From IMG/VR virus record IMGVR_UViG_3300036770_007547, positions 124,001-188,000 of that record: a stretch of 64,000 nucleotides of DNA; one strand, 5' to 3'. Of this stretch, positions 26,451 to 34,539 are shown piece after piece (position 1 is the stretch's first letter; each line of letters starts with the position of its first letter). The notes beneath the pieces are model-generated. The model did not search any database. It was given only the letters and a program-made list of their open reading frames with translations, and was not told the origin of the DNA. Made by a program: the position numbers and the translations under genes.

Positions 26451-27319
26451 TGATCTTGGAAAGCAGTGACATCATGATCGGTGCCACAAGTGCTCAAGCA
26501 AGTTGGTTCGGGGCTGTTGGTATTCCACGACGCTTGCACAGCATCAAAGTCTGTGACATAGTTTTTCAGTCGATTGCCCAGCCAGCAACAGGGATGTATG
26601 CGTCCGCGACAATCCATGTAAAGGCTCTGCTCGTTCAAGGCATGGCATCGTATCTGTTTTTTTCCCGAGCGTGGCTGCGCCCAGTTCACCGGAGCTTCAA
26701 GCCCCGACAGCATGGGCCTCCGAGACACCTTGGCTCGGAACCAACTGAACCCCATGAGGCGCGCGAGATCTCGGCATTCATCGACTTGATGTTGATTGTG
26801 CTTGAACACCAGCATGTCCCAATGCGCTCGTCCACCGCCCGAAATAAATGCTTCCACGTTGGCGATCACTCGACGCCATTCCACACCGCGACGATACACA
26901 GCATTGGTGTCGTCCAGTCCGTCGATGCTGAACACCACGTAATCTTGTTCGCGGTTCATGATACGACCCAGCTCGTACCACCAAAACGTGCCTTGCACAC
27001 CACCATTGGTGTTCATGCCCAGCGTGATGGTGGGATTCTTTTGCCGGAACCAACGATAGATGGCCTGCGTGTTCATGCCCGCTGCGGGATCTCCGTAGTT
27101 TCCACACATGAACATCTTGTCCAGACCCGATATGAATTCGTCGTTGAATTGGGCAGCGATCTGTTCCACACGCAGATGATGGTGCCTGCGCCGATCAAAA
27201 TCAGCGTCGGTTTCTCGACTGCATTGAGCACAGCGTGCCTGGCACACGTCGGTGGGCTCGAGGTGCAGTACTCGTATGTTACGTGATGTCCACGTCGGTG
27301 TTGTAGCTGGTGAATCCAC
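26423..27319 (-). CDS. Radical SAM protein with a Twitch/SPASM-like C-terminal domain (paralogue)
   Basis: CQARCAQC, CGNYGDP, NTNG, FSIDG and HPCCW...C...C motifs. Start codon uncertain. Confidence 0.9.
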   Translation of the reverse strand: MDSPATTPTWTSRNIRVLHLEPTDVCQARCAQCSRETDADFDRRRHHHLRVEQIAAQFNDEFISGLDKMFMCGNYGDPAAGMNTQAIYRWFRQKNPTITLGMNTNGGVQGTFWWYELGRIMNREQDYVVFSIDGLDDTNAVYRRGVEWRRVIANVEAFISGGGRAHWDMLVFKHNQHQVDECRDLARLMGFSWFRAKVSRRPMLSGLEAPVNWAQPRSGKKQIRCHALNEQSLYMDCRGRIHPCCWLGNRLKNYVTDFDAVQASWNTNSPEPTCLSTCGTDHDVTAFQDQWQREEKLC

Positions 27320-29042
27320 CTTCTTTGATCACTTTCAAAATGTTTTCCACACGTCCGGCCAGCTCGTCTCGATGACTCACCAACCAAACCGATTTGTTGC
27401 GATCACGCACCATCTTTTTCAAGAGTGCGAGACTGTTTTCCACGCCCTGGGTGTCCATGCCCGAATCAATGAGCTCGTCGATGAACAGCACATTGATGGG
27501 ATGATACAAGCTCTCCCAGACATCGCGAAAGGCCCACGACATTGACAGTATCAATCTGTTGCGTTCACCACGGCTGAGATTGTCAAAGTCTAGGTCACGT
27601 CCCAGTTCAGTGATCTCCACAGTGAGATCGTTCTGGAATATCACTTGATGTGGCAGTCCGATGCGATCTAGGTAATGTGTGAGGCGACTGTTGAGATAAC
27701 TGAGATTCTGTTCAATGATCTTCTTGCGTATGAACGAATCCTTGTTGGTCAGTAGTTTGAGCAAGAAGTCTTGGTGTTCGTGCAATCTAGACAGCTCGTT
27801 GATGACATCGTATGTGACTTCCTGCAGTGCCTGATTTCGCATGTCGTCGATCTGTTCTTGATACGGGTCAACATCGCTCTGCCGACTCACGAGATCTTTG
27901 CGCAAGGTGTCAAGACTGTTTTTGTGATTCAAGGCCTGCTCGATGTCGTCGTAGAACACCGTGGGGGCTGTACCCAACTCGCCCAGGTCATCGATCTCAT
28001 TGAGATGTTCTATTCGCTGTGTTTCGTTGGCCAAGAGTTGTAAGGCGATCTCTTGCAAGTTCTTCTGCTTCTCTGCCAGAATCTCGTCTTGCTTGCTGTC
28101 ATGCAGTTCTTGTCCGCAGGCATGACAACGATGTTCTCGCAGCGCATCTATGTCGCGTTGCAGTTTGCTTTGATCCTTTTCCAACTTTGAGTCATCCTGA
28201 TCGATCTGCCGGATCCACTTCTGGTGCTCGTCGATCTGTTTTTTCTGGCTGTGATAGAGTTCGAGATCTCGGTGCGCCTGCACTTCGGCTTCGATGTCGA
28301 TGTGTTCCAATCCGTCGATGGCCTGGATCAAGGCATCGCAGTCTTCTTGCTGTTTCTTGATCCACAGACTCTGGCGCTTTTCCAAACTGATGATCTGTTC
28401 TTCGATCCTTCGATTGGCTTCTTGCACGGCACGGATGCGCATCTCTTCCTGCGAGATGGCGTCCTTGGTGGCGCGGTTCAACTCTTTGATGCGTTCCGCA
28501 CGCTCGCTCAATAGCGTGATGCCCAAGAGTTGCTCGATGATGGCACGCTGATCGTTGGCCTTGAGGCTGAGGAACGGCTCGGTATAAGTGTTGAGTGCCA
28601 GGATATGTCGGAACATGTCGTGGCTCATGCCCAAGAGAGATTCGATGGCTTCCTGGGTCTCGCGACTGTCGCCCTGTGCGTCATCGGTCACAGACTGCTC
28701 TTGATCATTGACATAGAACTTCAGCACATTGGGTTTGCGACCGCGCTCGACTCGATAGCTCTGTCCGTTGACCGCAAAGTCAAGGCTCACCAACATGTTT
28801 TTGTTGTTGGTCTTGTTGATGAGATTGTCTCTGCGTATGTTTGTCAGCGCCTGTCCGTACAAGGCATAACTGAGAGCATTGATGATGGTGGTCTTACCGG
28901 TGCCGTTACGACTACCGTCGCCGCCGAGGTCGAGATTTTCGCCCAACACAAGAGTGAGGTCGCTGCGATCAAAATCCACGGCCTGTGTGGCATTGCCCAC
29001 GCTCATGAAATTTTTGACAGTGAGTTTGGCTATCTTGATCAT
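27279..29042 (-). CDS. gp46: Recombination endonuclease ATPase subunit (gp46; SbcC/Rad50-like)
   Basis: KNFMSVG, Walker A NGTGKTT, CHAC zinc hook, LSRGE signature, FIDE Walker B and VSH motifs. Confidence 0.95.
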   Translation of the reverse strand: MIKIAKLTVKNFMSVGNATQAVDFDRSDLTLVLGENLDLGGDGSRNGTGKTTIINALSYALYGQALTNIRRDNLINKTNNKNMLVSLDFAVNGQSYRVERGRKPNVLKFYVNDQEQSVTDDAQGDSRETQEAIESLLGMSHDMFRHILALNTYTEPFLSLKANDQRAIIEQLLGITLLSERAERIKELNRATKDAISQEEMRIRAVQEANRRIEEQIISLEKRQSLWIKKQQEDCDALIQAIDGLEHIDIEAEVQAHRDLELYHSQKKQIDEHQKWIRQIDQDDSKLEKDQSKLQRDIDALREHRCHACGQELHDSKQDEILAEKQKNLQEIALQLLANETQRIEHLNEIDDLGELGTAPTVFYDDIEQALNHKNSLDTLRKDLVSRQSDVDPYQEQIDDMRNQALQEVTYDVINELSRLHEHQDFLLKLLTNKDSFIRKKIIEQNLSYLNSRLTHYLDRIGLPHQVIFQNDLTVEITELGRDLDFDNLSRGERNRLILSMSWAFRDVWESLYHPINVLFIDELIDSGMDTQGVENSLALLKKMVRDRNKSVWLVSHRDELAGRVENILKVIKEGGFTSYNTDVDIT

Positions 29043-29086
29043 TGTTTAGTTTAACACGTTTGATGTCAGCATCGCTAGCGATCTGA

Positions 29087-30283
29087 TCAACGCAGTCCCT
29101 GCCGCAGATGATCGCTTTGTTGCTGTTGGAATTTCGAGAAAAAGTGTCGATGATTGTGTTCGATGATGGGTTTCATGTCCTGATAGGCTGCCTGTAGCTG
29201 CTCGGGAGTGCGAGCGGACCAGATCTCCAGCACGTCCATGATTTTTTCGGCTCGAGCCTCGATGTCAGTTTCGAGATCGTAACTTTCGTCCCAGAAGTCA
29301 TGGAAAGTGCGGAATCCAAGATCTCGCAGCATCGAAAGCACTCCGGCACTGCCGAATATCACGAACGGTCTTTGATTGACCACGGGTCGTAGAGTCACAC
29401 GAGTGATGAATGGCCTTGGCAGATTTACCGCGGTCTCAAGCCCCACGTAGATCAATGCGCTGGACATTTCCGGAGAACTCATGTAAGCACTGGCCGCCAC
29501 AGCCTCGGGTGGATCGGGTTGGTGTTCGGGCCATCGATACTGAGACACAGTGCCAAAAGCACGCACACAGCTTTGATGCGCGGGTTCACGTATCACGATC
29601 TCGGGACTGCTGCGAGTGAACGGCGATGCAGTCAAGAAATAACAAGGTGCTGGCTCGATGTCGGCGTCGCGTGTTTGCTGCAGGATCGGACCTTGGTTGC
29701 TGTAACTGATGTATCCGGATCGTTGCAATTGACGAGCATGCAGTCGGCTCATGAAATAGGTACGGTGGAATCTACGCAAACGACTCTGGCAGATAAACGG
29801 CCATTCGATGTTTTGATCCTGCATGGCTATGTTTTTGTAGCCCATGTCGTAGTCCTCGTACCGGTGCCATGGCCGCGGCGGAGTCAAACAGGAGCCCATC
29901 AGCGACGACGAAATCACGGGCATGGGTTGATCACACACCAGCCGCTGAGCCACACGCTCGGCATAGGCATCATAGTCCGGCAAGTTGGTGACCAAGCGCA
30001 CGAAAAAATTGCTGATGTCCAGTTCTCGCAGTATCAATTGGAGATTGTACAAGGTAAACGGCACGGCAGTGTCATCGATCCAGAAATCTAGATCGTCGTG
30101 TTCAAACACCAAACGTTCGTGTGGTTCAAATCTCACAGCATCGCCTTCGAATCGCTGATCTAGATAGTTTTTGAGATCCCAGTACAGCCGTGACATGTCG
30201 CGATCGTAGGATGCCAGGCTGTAGAAACAGCTGATCTTGACATGGTCTCCGGCTAGATGCTGTAGATATTCAAGTGTGAGCAT
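29087..30283 (-). CDS. Hypothetical glycosyltransferase-like protein (398 aa)
   Basis: R..RFHR and ET.......IT..T.RP.....PF...G....L..LR..GF.TF..FWDESYD resemble a GT-B-like C-terminal motif. Confidence 0.5.
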   Translation of the reverse strand: MLTLEYLQHLAGDHVKISCFYSLASYDRDMSRLYWDLKNYLDQRFEGDAVRFEPHERLVFEHDDLDFWIDDTAVPFTLYNLQLILRELDISNFFVRLVTNLPDYDAYAERVAQRLVCDQPMPVISSSLMGSCLTPPRPWHRYEDYDMGYKNIAMQDQNIEWPFICQSRLRRFHRTYFMSRLHARQLQRSGYISYSNQGPILQQTRDADIEPAPCYFLTASPFTRSSPEIVIREPAHQSCVRAFGTVSQYRWPEHQPDPPEAVAASAYMSSPEMSSALIYVGLETAVNLPRPFITRVTLRPVVNQRPFVIFGSAGVLSMLRDLGFRTFHDFWDESYDLETDIEARAEKIMDVLEIWSARTPEQLQAAYQDMKPIIEHNHRHFFSKFQQQQSDHLRQGLR

Positions 30284-30284
30284 G

Positions 30285-31301
30285 CTAGAGTGTTTGGTAG
30301 ATCTTCAACAACAAGTTCTTGTCATAGGAATTGGATTCGATGCGCGAGATCTGATCGGTGACGATTTGATCCACGCTTTCGAATCTCACGTCTCCAGGCG
30401 CGAGATCTTCTTCCAGGGCCGATTGCTTGTTGGGTATCAAGGCCATCTCCCGGAGATTGTATTCGTTCACAAACTTTTCTTTGATGTAGTTGGCTTCCTC
30501 GTAGCTGATCTCGATGTCCAGTTTCACACGCACATGCATTTTTTTGCGCAGCACATCGCTGGCATGATCAATGACATGGCTGAGATCCCAGACATTGTAC
30601 AAGGGTTGGTCAGGCCAGGCATGGAACTCGGGGTCAGATCCCCACTCCAAGATCATCATTCCACGTTGATCATCGCCGGCATCGGCAAAGTTGTGCGGGA
30701 AACAGTTTCCGATATAGTTGATGTTGTTTTTCTTTTGTCGGAGATGGAAGTGTCCGGAAAAAACATCACCAAACCCGGAGAAATGCTCGTTCTTGAGTGC
30801 ACCATGGTCTGGCATCTCCACCATGGCATTCATCTTGAAATGCGGCAGTTCGAAATGACCAAACATGTATCTCGCCGACATCTTCTGTATTTTCTTGTGA
30901 TCATCGCCCACCAGCCACGGAGCAATGATGACATCGCCCGCTTGGAACCAGTCGTTGCAGATGTGTATGTTGGGCAGGTGTCGAGCCCACTCCACGCCAG
31001 TGATGTCGCGTTTGTCTCGATAGTAAAGATCGTGATTGCCAGGGATGAAGTAGAATTGGTCAAACGCCGCTGACAATTTTTCCAGGGCACGCAGCGAAAA
31101 TTGCAGGGTCTGTAGATTGATCGATGCACGATGATTGTGCCAGTCGCCCAGGAACATGCCGGTTTCGCAGTTGTTCTCTTTGGCTGTGGCGATGAACCAA
31201 TCTATGAATTGATCACAGTCCTGATTGTGTAGGATGCTGTTGCTTTTGAGACCCCAGTGTATGTCAGTGCATACCGCGGCACGTTGAAATAGATTGGCCA
31301 T
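30285..31301 (-). CDS. gp47: Recombination endonuclease nuclease subunit (gp47; SbcD/Mre11-like)
   Basis: Metallophosphoesterase motifs DIHWG, LGD, GNHD, GHFE and SGHFH. Confidence 0.95.
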   Translation of the reverse strand: MANLFQRAAVCTDIHWGLKSNSILHNQDCDQFIDWFIATAKENNCETGMFLGDWHNHRASINLQTLQFSLRALEKLSAAFDQFYFIPGNHDLYYRDKRDITGVEWARHLPNIHICNDWFQAGDVIIAPWLVGDDHKKIQKMSARYMFGHFELPHFKMNAMVEMPDHGALKNEHFSGFGDVFSGHFHLRQKKNNINYIGNCFPHNFADAGDDQRGMMILEWGSDPEFHAWPDQPLYNVWDLSHVIDHASDVLRKKMHVRVKLDIEISYEEANYIKEKFVNEYNLREMALIPNKQSALEEDLAPGDVRFESVDQIVTDQISRIESNSYDKNLLLKIYQTL

Positions 31302-31304
31302 TGA

Positions 31305-32183
31305 TCAGTCTTCGCTGGCCGCGACTTGTTGATACTTGCGATCGGCATCGGCGTATTGCCGACTCCAACTGGGGTTGAGTCCGTTCATTTCCAAGATGTC
31401 GTCCCTGATGTTTTGGTTTTTCTTTTCGATGTTGAGTATGCGAGTAAACGAATTGGTTATGGCTGCTGTGTAGTATGCAAATGGATTTTGCGACTTTGAC
31501 TCGTCGAATTGCAAGCCGATCTGGCTAAGTTGCAACAAGGCCTGTCCACGCATTTCTTCGTTGTAGGTGTAACCCCTCCAGTTCGATCGCGTGGCATAGC
31601 GTTCACACAGTTTCATGAACATTTCGGCCAGCCGCCGGGTCATGGCGCCGTGTTCGCGGCAATAGCATCCGGTTTCGAGATCGCCCTGCCAGTGGCTCTT
31701 GCCCACTAGATAAGGAACACGATGTTCGTTGACACGATAGTGGAAAAACGGAGGAAAGTTCACTCGCACATGAGTGGGATCGACCATGATGTCCGGCACC
31801 AGTTCTTCGGCATCGGTGTCCTCTTCTTCTTCGATGCCCAGTATGTTTTCCAGAGTGCGTTTTTTCTGTGCCACTTTGGGCTGTTTTTTTGGTGCTTGTG
31901 GAATGTGTTCCCAGGTCATGATCCGGAACACAAGGTCAGTGTTGGGTATGTTCTTTTCGTTGACCTCGCTTCCGGACTCTTTGGTGAGTCGAGCTGCGCG
32001 ATTCCTGCGAGCTTCGGCTATGGTCCTCTGGTTGATCTTGGTCACTGCGGGCAATATGATATCGTATTGATGATCTCGCGCAGGATCAAGGAAACTACAG
32101 TAGGTATTCTTGCTTAGGTGTATTTCGCGTAGTATGTCGCGATTGTTGAGATAGTTGACTTTGGTTGTGGTTGGTAAGGACAA
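31305..32183 (-). CDS. gp55: Late transcription sigma factor (gp55)
   Basis: NYLNN, NWRGYTY.EEM and FD..KS.NPFAYYT motifs. TTG start with an AGGAG SD. Sits upstream of gp47/gp46 as in T4. Confidence 0.88.
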   Translation of the reverse strand: MSLPTTTKVNYLNNRDILREIHLSKNTYCSFLDPARDHQYDIILPAVTKINQRTIAEARRNRAARLTKESGSEVNEKNIPNTDLVFRIMTWEHIPQAPKKQPKVAQKKRTLENILGIEEEEDTDAEELVPDIMVDPTHVRVNFPPFFHYRVNEHRVPYLVGKSHWQGDLETGCYCREHGAMTRRLAEMFMKLCERYATRSNWRGYTYNEEMRGQALLQLSQIGLQFDESKSQNPFAYYTAAITNSFTRILNIEKKNQNIRDDILEMNGLNPSWSRQYADADRKYQQVAASED

Positions 32184-32201
32184 GCTGGTTCTCCTGTTGT
32201 A

Positions 32202-32234
32202 TATTTATTTTAACACAGATCTTGGGTTTGTCAA
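32202..32234 (-). promoter_or_regulatory. Sigma70-type promoter overlapping a late promoter for gp55
   Basis: TTGACA-N16-TAAAAT with an extended TG, running directly into ATAAATA. Confidence 0.6.
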
Positions 32235-32263
32235 CCTGATAAACTGTGCCGTTTTTGGGTACC

Positions 32264-32270
32264 ATAAATA
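32264..32270 (+). promoter_or_regulatory. Late promoter for the baseplate operon
   Basis: ATAAATA followed by an AGGA SD and the ATG at 32288. Confidence 0.7.
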
Positions 32271-32287
32271 ACATATAGGAAATCATC

Positions 32288-34237
32288 ATGGCCACGTTGC
32301 TCGAACAACTCATAGAACGCCAAAAACGCGAGATCGCCGAACTAGAAGCCCGGGTAACTGTTCTCGACGGTCGTGCCAACCAAGCCGGTGCTGCCTATCG
32401 CGAAGCACGGCGCAGATACAACGAGGCCGCGGCCAATCCCAGCACCACCCCCGAGCAGCTCCGGGTCCTGGCCGCCACGCGAGATCGGCTTGACCAGGAA
32501 CGCCAAGATGCCTATGCCGAGCAAGAAGCTGCGGTAGATCGACTGGAACGTCTGCGAGACGCCCTGCGCAACAACGAACTACAACTGCAGAATGACACCG
32601 GCGTTGCCACACAGCCCATAGCACCTCCAAGCGGAAGTGTACCAGCTAGTCAGTCACCCCTAGTGGGCGATGACGGCATCAATGACACTCCCACAACAGC
32701 ACCGGTCACTGCCACGAGCACAGTGGTCGTGAGCACAGTTACCGAAACACCGCCACCGGTGATCGGCGATCCCGATGTGCGAGACACCACTACGGTGCTG
32801 CCACCAGACACGCAAGTCACAGACCAACCCGCTGCGATAGCAACAACAACATCGGAAACAGTGACAGGACCAGCACGGACATCAGCGACCCCTCCTGGCG
32901 GAGATTATGCCGAGGCATTTGACGCAGAAACAGGTACCTACGGTGTGTATGATGTCAACACCAACGAATTCGTCGCGACCGGACTGACCAAACAAGAAGC
33001 CACTGCACAGGCCGAAGCTGCCAGTCAAGGCGACCCCGTGGCACGCGAACCTGAATTGACTGGCAGCATCGACACACCAGCCACTTCCGGCACTGAAGTA
33101 GTGGATTCTTACGAAAGCCGCTACGACACCGAATCGGGCACATACGGTGTCTATGATTCCAAGACCGGTCAATTCGTGGAAACCGGACTCACTCGCGAGG
33201 ATGCCGAACAACAAGCAGCACTGGACAACGATGCAGCACTGGGCTTTGAAAACGATCCTTTTGCTGCCGACGAAGAAGATCTAGAACTGGTGTACGAACC
33301 CGATGCTGTGGACGAGGATGACCCGGCTGCAGTGGCGCAGGTCGATCCCGACCTGGAAAGCGATGGCGGTGATGTGTTTGACGAGGATGATCCCGACGGC
33401 AGCGCAGTGATACAAGCCCTCAAAGACAACGCACAGCAGCAGGCATCCATCAACGAAGACATCGGCCAACAGCAAAACACCGACTGGCGTGTGCGGCTCA
33501 GCCTGGCCCAGGGCGCAGACTATCTGTACCGCGATCCCGACATCAATTCATCGGGCATACTCTGGCCACTGAGAAAAACCAATGGTGTGATATTCCCTTA
33601 CACTCCCACCATCACCACCGAATATGGTGCCAATTACAGCAATTATGATCTTACCCACAGCAATTTCCGTGGTTATTTTTATCAGAGCAGCTATGTTGAT
33701 GCAGTGACCATCACGGCCAAGTTCACGGCCCAGGACACCAACGAAGCCAACTATCTCTTGGCCGTGATACATTTTTTCCGTTCAGTGACAAAGATGTTCT
33801 ATGGACAAGACACCAATCGTGGCGTACCGCCTCCCTTGGTGTTCCTGCACGGCTTCGGTGAATTCCAATTCAACAATGCACCTTGTGTGGTCAAGAGTTT
33901 TGCCTACAATCTGCCCGATGATGTGGATTATATCCGAGCCCGCACTGTGAATCAAGCCAATGCAGTGAATCTGGTGTCGCGACGCGATCAAAGCTATCTT
34001 CCTGTGAACTCGGCTGAATTCATCAATGCCAGGCTCACTGGTTCCGGACTGCCGGTGGGCGGCGAAGTATACAGACCGGCACCACCCAATCTTGGTACCT
34101 CTACTCCCACCTATGTTCCCACCAAGATCGACTTTACCATCACGTTGTTGCCGGTGCAGTCGCGAGCCCAGGTCAGTCAGCAGTTCAGTCTCAAAGAATA
34201 CGCCAACGGTGATCTCATACGCAAAGGATTCTGGTAA
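32288..34237 (+). CDS. Tail-tube-like baseplate protein (gp48/gp54-like) with a long N-terminal extension
   Basis: C-terminal domain FPYTP...ITAKF..Q...HFFRS.TK...PPPLVFL.G.G....N.PCVVKSF. First gene of the baseplate operon. Confidence 0.65.
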   Translation: MATLLEQLIERQKREIAELEARVTVLDGRANQAGAAYREARRRYNEAAANPSTTPEQLRVLAATRDRLDQERQDAYAEQEAAVDRLERLRDALRNNELQLQNDTGVATQPIAPPSGSVPASQSPLVGDDGINDTPTTAPVTATSTVVVSTVTETPPPVIGDPDVRDTTTVLPPDTQVTDQPAAIATTTSETVTGPARTSATPPGGDYAEAFDAETGTYGVYDVNTNEFVATGLTKQEATAQAEAASQGDPVAREPELTGSIDTPATSGTEVVDSYESRYDTESGTYGVYDSKTGQFVETGLTREDAEQQAALDNDAALGFENDPFAADEEDLELVYEPDAVDEDDPAAVAQVDPDLESDGGDVFDEDDPDGSAVIQALKDNAQQQASINEDIGQQQNTDWRVRLSLAQGADYLYRDPDINSSGILWPLRKTNGVIFPYTPTITTEYGANYSNYDLTHSNFRGYFYQSSYVDAVTITAKFTAQDTNEANYLLAVIHFFRSVTKMFYGQDTNRGVPPPLVFLHGFGEFQFNNAPCVVKSFAYNLPDDVDYIRARTVNQANAVNLVSRRDQSYLPVNSAEFINARLTGSGLPVGGEVYRPAPPNLGTSTPTYVPTKIDFTITLLPVQSRAQVSQQFSLKEYANGDLIRKGFW

Positions 34238-34536
34238 TGGCAAATTACACCAGCATCAGCCCCTATTTTACCACCAACTACAGCCAGTTTTATCTTGATG
34301 TCATGGCCAATCGTGCCATACCCAGGGAATCCGACGATGTCTATTTTGAAATAACACAAACCTATCGATATCGTCCCGATCTCCTGGCGTTTGACCTCTA
34401 TCAACAGCCTGGTCTGTGGTGGGTGTTTTACCAGCGCAATCCCAATACCTTGATGACTCCGCCCTGGGATTTTGACGTGGGAGTCAGTATCTACCTGCCA
34501 AAGATAAGCACACTAAGATCGAGTCTGGGGTTTTAA
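34237..34536 (+). CDS. gp53: Baseplate wedge subunit (gp53-like, LysM-like)
   Basis: YRPDLLAFDLY....LWWVF...N motif and position. Confidence 0.8.
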   Translation: MANYTSISPYFTTNYSQFYLDVMANRAIPRESDDVYFEITQTYRYRPDLLAFDLYQQPGLWWVFYQRNPNTLMTPPWDFDVGVSIYLPKISTLRSSLGF

Positions 34537-34539
34537 CAC

